Assembly (NCBI GenBank): GCA_964196085.1
Contig: CAXMSI010000002.1
Span: forward strand, 1-27,857
Reading direction: 5' to 3'
DNA: 27,857 bases
DNA from: an uncultured Acidimicrobiia bacterium
GTDB lineage: Bacteria; Actinomycetota; Acidimicrobiia; Spongiisociales; JAENVV01
The translations under genes were made by a program, and so were the position numbers. Below the pieces are notes generated by a model. It was not told the DNA's origin, did not search any database, and saw only the letters and a program-made list of their open reading frames with translations. Below, piece after piece: positions 8,893 to 16,163 of this stretch (position 1 is the first letter of the stretch; each line of letters begins with the position of its first letter).

Positions 8893-9357
8893 ATGCGAAA
8901 CAAGCTGATGGCAGTCCTCGTAGCGGCACTGGCGATCATGATGGTCATCCCGGCCGCAGCGATGGCCGATGACGCCCAACCGAGACAACGGTCTGAACCT
9001 CCGGTATCACGAGACACCTCTGTTACACCCGCCGACAGGGATGTGTCGGTATACGTCGAGGTTCCGGTTGCCACAGACCGCCCTGAGGTGCGTCCTCACG
9101 ACCGGATGCCGGCCCCGCCATCCGACCGTCTTCGCCCACATGATCGACCAACCGACCGTCCAAGCGACCACCCCAGCTATCGGCGTCGACTGGCTGCCGC
9201 TGGCTGCGTGGCCCAGCTCGAGAACGGCACATGGGAGTGGACTGGTGAGTGTGGCGAGGACGATCCACCACACAACATTCGGGCACTCATCAACCGCCTT
9301 GTGTACAGCCACCTTTGGAAGCAGCTCTACAGACTGCTCAACTGGCTCTACGGATAG
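8893..9357 (+). CDS. Secreted hypothetical protein (signal peptide, Pro/Asp/Arg-rich repeats, small C-terminal two-Cys domain)
   Basis: AAGGAG SD before ATG 8893 and TAGAAT at 8840-8845. Signal peptide MRNKLMAVLVAALAIMMVIPAAAMA. RPHDR occurs twice. Confidence 0.7.
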   Translation: MRNKLMAVLVAALAIMMVIPAAAMADDAQPRQRSEPPVSRDTSVTPADRDVSVYVEVPVATDRPEVRPHDRMPAPPSDRLRPHDRPTDRPSDHPSYRRRLAAAGCVAQLENGTWEWTGECGEDDPPHNIRALINRLVYSHLWKQLYRLLNWLYG

Positions 9358-9365
9358 AGAACAGA

Positions 9366-9399
9366 CACGTGAGAGTCGGCTAGCGTCGGCTCTCACGTG
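9366..9399. repeat. Inverted repeat / RNA hairpin between the secreted-protein gene and the ECF sigma gene
   Basis: CACGTGAGAG (9366-9375) pairs perfectly with CTCTCACGTG (9390-9399). The stem extends 5 bp inward with G-U pairs around a TAGC loop. Confidence 0.8.
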
Positions 9400-9972
9400 G
9401 ATCTAATGGCAGATGAACTCGACGAGTTGGTGGCTGGCATCGTTGCGGGAAGCAACGAGGCCTTTCACCGCGTGTATCACCTCCTCGCAGGCCAACTCGC
9501 CGGCTTTGCTTTCCGTCAGCTCCGAGACCGAGGAGCAGCCGAGGACACTGTGCAACAGGCGTTCCTTGAGTTGGCCCGAACATCAGACGATTTCCGGGGC
9601 GACGGCCGAGGCCTTAGATCTTGGCTGTACGCAAGTGTTCGGTTTCGATGTGCCGATGAACATAGGCGCAGAGCACGCCGACAAGAACGCCCCACTGACA
9701 CCGTCCCCGACGCCCCTGCTCTCGAACCAGTCGACAATGAACTCAGTCCCGAACTCGTGTCTGCCCTTCAAACTCTCAACCCCCGCCAACGCGACATGAT
9801 TGAGCTACGCCACATTGATGGGCTGAGCGGACAAGAGATAGCTGACGTGCTGGGGATGCGGCGCCCGGCAGCATATGCTGCCCTCGACCGAGCCGAAGCT
9901 GCCCTACGTAAAGAATTCGGCCATCGACTCGCACCCGGCGTCTCTACCAATAATGAGGAGAGGAGCACCTGA
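9397..9972 (+). CDS. ECF sigma-70 factor
   Basis: Region 2 AEDTVQQAFL...LRSWLY and region 4 LNPRQRDMIELRHIDGLSGQEIADVLG. Start is GTG 9397 or ATG 9406. Confidence 0.92.
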   Translation: MDLMADELDELVAGIVAGSNEAFHRVYHLLAGQLAGFAFRQLRDRGAAEDTVQQAFLELARTSDDFRGDGRGLRSWLYASVRFRCADEHRRRARRQERPTDTVPDAPALEPVDNELSPELVSALQTLNPRQRDMIELRHIDGLSGQEIADVLGMRRPAAYAALDRAEAALRKEFGHRLAPGVSTNNEERST

Positions 9973-10037
9973 TCACACCACGGGACCCATTTGAGGAACT
10001 CACCAACGTCCAAGGCTTCTCCATAGAGCAAGACACC

Positions 10038-10598
10038 ATGGACTCTCACCTTGCCGAGATTGACACTGTTCTCGCTTCACGACGGGCGACACCAGTCAGG
10101 AAGGTGAGGCTGCCGGTAATGCGATGGGTTGCCGCAGCCGTAATCCTGCTCGGCATAGGTGCCCCGACTGTCGTAGTCGCATCAGCCAACAGCCTTCCAG
10201 GGGATCTGCTCTACCCCATAAAGCAGATCGTTGAGCCCATCTTGATTCGTTTCGACCCTGAAGTCGTCGCTCGCCACCGCATCGAGGAGGTCATAGAATT
10301 GCGCGTGCGGAACCTCCCAACTGACGACGTTCTCCGCGAAGCCGAAGAGGCAGTGGACCGCCTGCCATCAGACTCGCCACTCCGTGATGAACTCGCCGAC
10401 CTCGAGACCCGGGATCAACCCAGCGACTCACCACCAACGAGCACCGTGCCACCTACTGACACCACTGGGCGCCCGCCTGAGACCTCGACACGAACCACCC
10501 AAGCGTCAGACATCTCTGGTGCCACAGTCCCAAGAACCACAACCGTCACAACTCCACCAGATAGAACCACAACCACCCCGCCTGAGGGTGACCGCTGA
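10038..10598 (+). CDS. Putative membrane-anchored anti-sigma factor (DUF5667-like domain, Thr/Pro-rich tail)
   Basis: One TM helix followed by ANSLPGDLLYPIKQIVE (DUF5667-like), directly downstream of the ECF sigma. The frame is open upstream to 9957, so the true start may be earlier. Confidence 0.7.
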   Translation: MDSHLAEIDTVLASRRATPVRKVRLPVMRWVAAAVILLGIGAPTVVVASANSLPGDLLYPIKQIVEPILIRFDPEVVARHRIEEVIELRVRNLPTDDVLREAEEAVDRLPSDSPLRDELADLETRDQPSDSPPTSTVPPTDTTGRPPETSTRTTQASDISGATVPRTTTVTTPPDRTTTTPPEGDR

Positions 10599-10705
10599 GG
10601 CAGAGGTCTCGACCTATCGAGAATAGAACGCAGAAAGGCAAGGTCAGCACGCCCTAGACGCCGGCATGAAAGTAACCCCTGGGGGGAATTGAGCAGCCGG
10701 GTCGG

Positions 10706-11068
10706 CTACTCCATTTCCTTGTCTTGTTCGGACTCGTACTTTGACAAGGCCATGAGAAACATGGTCATCAGGATCAACGAAGCGATCATCCAAGTGAGTG
10801 GAATGATTCGAACTTCAAAAGCATTCATGCCATCGATATCTGCTGGACGTGGTCCACGGGGGGCGTAGAGCACAAACAGCAGCGAGTTGATCGATGTCCA
10901 GGCGAATAGCGCTGCCCCAGAGACCAAGAAAGCGAGCTTTTTGCCCAGGTTCGTCGCGTTGAGAAGGTAAGTGGTCCCATAGAACGTGATAACGGCACCA
11001 ATAGTGATCAGAATCCCGGTCACGAAGAGGTTGGCAGAGAGGAGTCCTCTCATGAATTCCCTAATCAT
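10706..11068 (-). CDS. Small membrane protein, last gene of the cytochrome bc operon
   Basis: Three hydrophobic segments and TNLGKKLAFL. ATGA overlap with the cytochrome c stop codon. Confidence 0.75.
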   Translation of the reverse strand: MIREFMRGLLSANLFVTGILITIGAVITFYGTTYLLNATNLGKKLAFLVSGAALFAWTSINSLLFVLYAPRGPRPADIDGMNAFEVRIIPLTWMIASLILMTMFLMALSKYESEQDKEME

Positions 11069-12450
11069 TCGTCACCTCCAACGTCTGGTCCGCCCAGTGT
11101 TGGGCCCCATAGATACTCTGCGATCAGCTCAAGTTCTTCTTGGGTGAGTAGCCCTCCGAAGCCCGGCATGAAGCCTCGGCCAATGCCGTTGATGCCGTAG
11201 GCCACACCCGAATCTGATCCCGAGGAAATGAAACCGGCGAGGTCACCAACCTCAGCGAACTGCACGTGGGCTCGTGGTGGCAGGAGCGAAGGGCCGAAGC
11301 CACCAGACGCTATTGGCAGTACAAACGGGGACCCAGCCGAGTATCCAGCCGTGTGGCATCGGGCGCAGTTACCCGAGAAAAGGTTTATTGCCTGGGTGGC
11401 CTTTTCCGTATCCCCATCAAAAGTTGCATTTGCAACCGCTTGCACATCAACCGTCCAGTAGGCCGTTTCGGCTGAGGCGATGAGATAAGCCAAGCCACCC
11501 TGAAGTTGGGCAATCACCGCATCAGCACTTTCAGAGAACACCTCAACCGTACTTGTAGCCGACGCGACTAGGTCGGCCTGTTTACTAGCCACGACAAGGT
11601 CGGACTCGATTGCATTTGTTACTGGGTTAAAGCTGTCAAGCGTTATTGCGCTCAGGCCACTTTCGTAGTCGGTCAGCCCAGCAATAAGGTTCTGCATTGC
11701 AACGTTGATCCGTTGCGCTTCATCTACCCGCCCTGGAGCGGCGTGGGCTGCAGCTAGCTTGACTTCTTGAGCGGCGATCATGGCCTCGAGGTTCGCCTCA
11801 GCATTGTTTCGGTAGCCGTCAGCGGCTGAAACTTCGGCTGCCATCACTTCGACAGCTTCGTCTTGCGGTAACTGCTGCTCTTGGAGATAGTTGAGGATAT
11901 CTTCAACCTGTTGATCGTTCAAGACCCCGCCACCGGCTGTTCCCCAAGCTGGCATTGGCGTACCAGCTCGGCCAAAGACAATCCAGAACTTGACCTCTTC
12001 GCGGGAGTATCGGTACAAGATGGTGTCGAGACGCGGTGCTCCCCAAGTCGTGGAGACTTCTGATTGCGGGTGGATTGTCCCTGCCGCTCCGCCTACGAAC
12101 CCAGGCCCATGGCACCCCTGACAATCAAAACCGCCTTCTGCGGTGGTCGCAGACAGCGCAGCACCACGCTCAAGCGACTCTTCGGCGAAGGCTTCAATGA
12201 AGTCGCCCTGCCGATCTCGTTCGGTAAGGAAATACAGCGGAAGTGTGACGGCAGCGAACGCAGCGAAGATCAACGACCAGAACAAAGCGCGCTCGAGCCG
12301 AGACGTCTCGAGTTCCTTGTTGGACATTGGGGGAGCGAGGTTGGCTGGCACCTCTTCTTGAGCCTGTGATCGCACGGTGGAAACCATGAGGTAGGCAAGC
12401 CAACCAACGATGGCAATGGCAACAAGAACAACAGCGAGACTGTTGATCAC
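11065..12450 (-). CDS. Membrane-anchored di-heme c-type cytochrome of the bc complex (QcrC-like role)
   Basis: Two N-terminal TM helices; CQGCH with distal MPAWG and CARCH with distal MPGFG; a long helical linker between the two domains. Confidence 0.9.
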   Translation of the reverse strand: MINSLAVVLVAIAIVGWLAYLMVSTVRSQAQEEVPANLAPPMSNKELETSRLERALFWSLIFAAFAAVTLPLYFLTERDRQGDFIEAFAEESLERGAALSATTAEGGFDCQGCHGPGFVGGAAGTIHPQSEVSTTWGAPRLDTILYRYSREEVKFWIVFGRAGTPMPAWGTAGGGVLNDQQVEDILNYLQEQQLPQDEAVEVMAAEVSAADGYRNNAEANLEAMIAAQEVKLAAAHAAPGRVDEAQRINVAMQNLIAGLTDYESGLSAITLDSFNPVTNAIESDLVVASKQADLVASATSTVEVFSESADAVIAQLQGGLAYLIASAETAYWTVDVQAVANATFDGDTEKATQAINLFSGNCARCHTAGYSAGSPFVLPIASGGFGPSLLPPRAHVQFAEVGDLAGFISSGSDSGVAYGINGIGRGFMPGFGGLLTQEELELIAEYLWGPTLGGPDVGGDE

Positions 12451-12466
12451 AACGAAGCCCCAGAAC

Positions 12467-13321
12467 TCAAATACATGACGGACCCTTCGGGTACTTCACG
12501 CTCTTATCCGAAGAGCGGGCAGTATTAACGATGCTTCCGGTCTTTGCGATGAGTCGATTCTTGTCATTGATTTCGACGACGAAACGGTCGAGGTTCCTAG
12601 GTGCCGGCCCTGCTTCGTACTCGCCCAGAGCGTTGTACTTTGAGCCGTGACAACCGCACTCAAACCCCTTAGATGAATCGCACCAAGGGACACGGCAACC
12701 CAGGTGAACACAAGTCATGAACAACGCGGTGAGCCCGCCAACTACGGTGGAGTTCTCCTCGAATTGGGATCCGGTGGCCTCCTCTTCGTTGACCGGCACG
12801 ATCCACGCGCGGGCTTCAGCCCAGAAGAGTGGCGAGACAGACCCGTCAGGAAGCCGGACAGCTGCGAGCAGTTCGTCGGCATCCCCAAGATCGATGTCAG
12901 CACCGAACCCGCCACTTACCACCGGCCACATCATCGCAAGCGTACTGAGGCCGAGCGTTCCCAGATAGGCAAAAAACACCATTGCCATTGCTTTGCCGAA
13001 GAAATGGCGCCGGTTGGCTCCTGCTTCCTCTTCAGAAATCTCTACAACTTTGACAACCTCAACCGACCTAACGACAGGCACACTTGCGTCATCATCTTCG
13101 TCTGCCGCGACCAGTAAATCACCTTCGCCAGCCTCGTCTTCGCCATCAGCAGTAGCCACCACCACCGGATCGATAGCTCCCCGATCAGCCTTCGCCGCTG
13201 CTGGCTGCACTTCGCTGCGCCAGTCAGCCGTCGCGGACGATGAACGCCGAAAAGCTACAGCGAAGAGCCCAATGAGGGCGAGTACAAACAGGGAACCGAG
13301 CCCAACTATCAGACTATCCAT
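12467..13321 (-). CDS. qcrA: Rieske 2Fe-2S subunit of the cytochrome bc complex
   Basis: Rieske boxes CVHLGC and CGCHGSKY; GPAPRNLDRF; internal twin-arginine motif NRRHFF before the second TM. Confidence 0.93.
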   Translation of the reverse strand: MDSLIVGLGSLFVLALIGLFAVAFRRSSSATADWRSEVQPAAAKADRGAIDPVVVATADGEDEAGEGDLLVAADEDDDASVPVVRSVEVVKVVEISEEEAGANRRHFFGKAMAMVFFAYLGTLGLSTLAMMWPVVSGGFGADIDLGDADELLAAVRLPDGSVSPLFWAEARAWIVPVNEEEATGSQFEENSTVVGGLTALFMTCVHLGCRVPWCDSSKGFECGCHGSKYNALGEYEAGPAPRNLDRFVVEINDKNRLIAKTGSIVNTARSSDKSVKYPKGPSCI

Positions 13322-14123
13322 GATGCAGCTCCGGGAAGAAGATCCAGTCCTTCAGGTCGTCAAAGAAGATTCCATCGTTCCAGGGGTACGTGAAGTTAAA
13401 GCCGGGACCCCTGAAGAGCACACCAATGATGGTGAGCGTTGCCGAACCCATCATGAATATGGTGTACATAAAAATTGCAAACTTACGATCAGACGGCTTG
13501 TTTGACGGGTTCTTGTCAACGTACGGAATAGCCATGAACCCAATCATTCCAGTAATAGTTGGTACCGAGACTCCGGCAATCTGTGGGTCGAAGTACGACA
13601 ACAGTTCCTGAAGTCCGAGGAAGTACCACGGGGCCTTCGACGGGTTAGGCGTGGCATTGAAGTTGGCCGCTTCAAGAAGCGGAGCCTGAAGGATGGTCGA
13701 CAGTATTACCAGCAAGGCAAGCATCGCCAAGAGAGCTCCCAACTCAACGACCACGAGATGGGGCCAGGTGTTGACCTTGTCAGTAGGAGTTGACTTGGCA
13801 CCCTGAATGGCCTTGGCTCGGACAACAGTCAGGAGTCGCTGCGTGCGAACACCTTCGGGACCGGTTTGAGCAGGCTGGGTTGGACGGACCAGCGTTGCTT
13901 GGCCAGGAGTCGAAGCAGCCGGCGAGTGTTCAACCGTTGCGGGCTCAGCGGCTACTGGCGCTTGTTCTACCGCCGCTGGCTCGACTGGGGCGGGAGCCAC
14001 TTCGGCGACTGGAGTCGGCGGAGCCTCACCAGTCATTTGAGCCATAGCCTCGGCTACGGACACGCCCAATGCAGCAGCCCTTGCCTCCGCTGAACGTTGA
14101 AGAAGATGGTCTGGAATCTGCAC
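13314..14123 (-). CDS. Cytochrome b C-terminal part (subunit IV / PetD-like) with an N-terminal tag and Pro/Ala linker
   Basis: TPNPSKAPWYFLGLQELL (PEWY-equivalent), IPYVDKNPS and three TM helices. Confidence 0.9.
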   Translation of the reverse strand: MQIPDHLLQRSAEARAAALGVSVAEAMAQMTGEAPPTPVAEVAPAPVEPAAVEQAPVAAEPATVEHSPAASTPGQATLVRPTQPAQTGPEGVRTQRLLTVVRAKAIQGAKSTPTDKVNTWPHLVVVELGALLAMLALLVILSTILQAPLLEAANFNATPNPSKAPWYFLGLQELLSYFDPQIAGVSVPTITGMIGFMAIPYVDKNPSNKPSDRKFAIFMYTIFMMGSATLTIIGVLFRGPGFNFTYPWNDGIFFDDLKDWIFFPELHHG

Positions 14124-14134
14124 GATCGAATCTC

Positions 14135-14896
14135 CTATAGCGGCCCTGAAATACCGCCATCCTTACGAACTCTCCAGAAGTGGACAGCCATAAAGAAGAT
14201 GATGACGAACGGGAAAAAGATCACATGCAGCGTATACCAACGGAGCAACGTGTCAGCTGAAACTGCGTAGGCTCCGAGGAGCAAGAATTGAACCCCGCCG
14301 CCGAAGACCGGGACAAATGAAGCCATGTTGGTTCCGACTGTCACTGCCCACAAAGCAAGCTGATCCCACGGGAGCAGATAGCCAGTGAAGGAAAGCAGCA
14401 ACGTGAGGAGCAAGAGGATGACGCCAACCACCCAGTTGAACTCACGTGGTGGCTTGTAGGCTCCGTGGTAGAACACACGGCTCATGTGCAGGAAGACGGA
14501 AAGCACCATGAGGTGAGCACCCCATCGATGCATGTTTCGTACAAGCGAACCAAATGCGACGTCAGTGGAGAGCTGTTGGATGTCCTCGTAAGCCGCCGCA
14601 GCTGTAGGCGCGTAGTAGAACATCAGGAAAATTCCTGTGATGGTCAGCATGATGAAGAGAAAGAAGCTGATCCCACCAAGGCAGAGGGTGTAGGAGAGCC
14701 GCACCCCGTGACGCTTCACCTTCACTGGGTGGAGGTGATAGAGCACGTTGTTCATGATCACGTACGAGCGGTTTCGCGGGCTGTCCGAGTATCCCTTCTT
14801 GAAAGGGGAGCCAGGACGAAGGATCGAGTCCATGAGGGAGCTGCCGTGAAGGTCTCCGGGGGCACCTTTGAGTTTCTCGATAAGAGTCTTAATCAT
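14135..14896 (-). CDS. qcrB: Cytochrome b N-terminal part (cytochrome b6-like, four TM)
   Basis: Heme His pairs in MHRWGAHLMVLSVFLHM and LHVIFFPFVIIFFMAVH; FTGYLLPWDQ; ends in GISGPL; Cys in YTLCLGG. Confidence 0.95.
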   Translation of the reverse strand: MIKTLIEKLKGAPGDLHGSSLMDSILRPGSPFKKGYSDSPRNRSYVIMNNVLYHLHPVKVKRHGVRLSYTLCLGGISFFLFIMLTITGIFLMFYYAPTAAAAYEDIQQLSTDVAFGSLVRNMHRWGAHLMVLSVFLHMSRVFYHGAYKPPREFNWVVGVILLLLTLLLSFTGYLLPWDQLALWAVTVGTNMASFVPVFGGGVQFLLLGAYAVSADTLLRWYTLHVIFFPFVIIFFMAVHFWRVRKDGGISGPL

Positions 14897-14901
14897 GGTC
14901 C

Positions 14902-15348
14902 TTACATTCCTCGTACGCCATAGACGTATCCGTTCTTATGGTCGCGGGCGCCCGTATCGACTGCCCAAGGGGACGGAAGTTCAGCTTCTGTGGCCTGGGC
15001 GGCGACTGAACCGTCAAACTTTCCAAGCGTGATGACGTTGGTAGGGCACCGATCAATGCACAGCGCGCACCTTGTGCATGTGTCCTCGTCAACCATGAAA
15101 AACCCAAAGTTCTCCATGTCGTCATTGGGGTTTGTTACATCCTTTGCGTCCGCAATAGCGTCTGTTGACAAATAATGAATGCACTTCCACGGGCAGATGT
15201 CAACACACCCTTCGCACAAGATGCACTCGGACTGGTTGATGTGGAGGAACTGCTTCGGCTTGAGATTGTCTGAGAGGTAACCAGTGTCAACAAGGGCAAG
15301 CTGGTAATCATCACGCATTGGCGGAATTTCGAAATAGGTATCTGCCAT
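14902..15348 (-). CDS. 2x[4Fe-4S] dicluster ferredoxin
   Basis: CILCEGCVDICP and CTRCALCIDRCP. The ATG at 15348 overlaps the upstream TAA (TAATG). Confidence 0.92.
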   Translation of the reverse strand: MADTYFEIPPMRDDYQLALVDTGYLSDNLKPKQFLHINQSECILCEGCVDICPWKCIHYLSTDAIADAKDVTNPNDDMENFGFFMVDEDTCTRCALCIDRCPTNVITLGKFDGSVAAQATEAELPSPWAVDTGARDHKNGYVYGVRGM

Positions 15349-15947
15349 TACGAAGAGACCTTCAGCGGACGACCGTACGGTGACGTGGTGTCGCGCTCTG
15401 ATGGTGCGGCAGGAGGCATCTTGCCCCACTTTTGCACCATGACGGCGAAATAAATCACAATCGCAAGCGACCCAAGATGATAGCCACCAGCAATAGCGTC
15501 CTTAACAAACGCTCCATATACGGGGAGATCGAGGCCCGGAATAGTGAACAGCGCATCTTGAGATGTCCACCCGAGCGGACCTTGAGTGAGATTGAGCCAT
15601 TCAGAAGGAACGACGCCCCAGAGCAAGATGAGTTCAAAGAAAGAAATGAACGCAGCAAACCCAGCCCTCGCCCAACTGAGCTTGCGCCCAGCTACATACT
15701 TGAGTGCGATGCCAGCGAGAAGCAGCTGAGAGCCGCCGAAGCCAATGATGTGGCCAGCAGTGAAGACGGGCCATCCCTTGGGGAAGGTTTCGAGGTAGCC
15801 AGCATCAGTGGGAAGTCCACCAGCATGAGCAATGAATACTCCGAGCGCCAAGGCTCCTAGCCCGAGAGCCATAAGCGCAGCGGCAAGTCTTCCCCTTTTG
15901 GAGTCGCTAATACTTGCTAGCCAGATCCACACACGGTTGGGATTCAT
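15348..15947 (-). CDS. Hypothetical membrane protein, first gene of the cytochrome bc operon
   Basis: About four TM helices; motifs VPSEWL and TSPYGRPL. ATG 15947 lies downstream of AAGGA. The 282-aa ORF-track call is over-extended through the promoter region. Confidence 0.75.
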   Translation of the reverse strand: MNPNRVWIWLASISDSKRGRLAAALMALGLGALALGVFIAHAGGLPTDAGYLETFPKGWPVFTAGHIIGFGGSQLLLAGIALKYVAGRKLSWARAGFAAFISFFELILLWGVVPSEWLNLTQGPLGWTSQDALFTIPGLDLPVYGAFVKDAIAGGYHLGSLAIVIYFAVMVQKWGKMPPAAPSERDTTSPYGRPLKVSS

Positions 15948-16036
15948 TCCGCTGATGCGTCCTTTTAACGAGAGAAACTGTCGCCAACGCTCGACGCGCT
16001 GTCGGCTGTATGTAAGCAGATTGCGCGGCTGCTGGG

Positions 16037-16059
16037 GAATCAAAGAGCCGCTTTGACTC
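16037..16059. promoter_or_regulatory. Palindromic candidate operator in the divergent promoter region
   Basis: GAaTCAAAG-agccg-CTTTGAcTC: perfect 6-bp arms (16040-16045 / 16051-16056) with further outer pairing. Confidence 0.45.
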
Positions 16060-16163
16060 AGGCGCCCTGAAACGCAAAAATGACGATGCACCGCCGATAG
16101 GCGCTCAGCGTCCACTCGTGCCAGACTATCGTGTCCTCGACACTCAATTTCAAGGAGCAAAAG

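Noticed and set aside
10430-10598. Thr/Pro codon repeats as a DNA tandem repeat
   Set aside because: Explained by a low-complexity protein linker; there are no regular repeat units.
10670-10692. CCCCT-GGGGGG as the terminator between convergent operons
   Set aside because: The stem is only 3-4 bp with a minimal loop, too weak to call.
7480-16163. Rex operator (TGTGAA-N-TTCACA type) at the rex/menJ or respiratory promoters
   Set aside because: I read the intergenic regions 7480-7556 and 15948-16163 and found no match. Rex control of the locus is not supported by the sequence.
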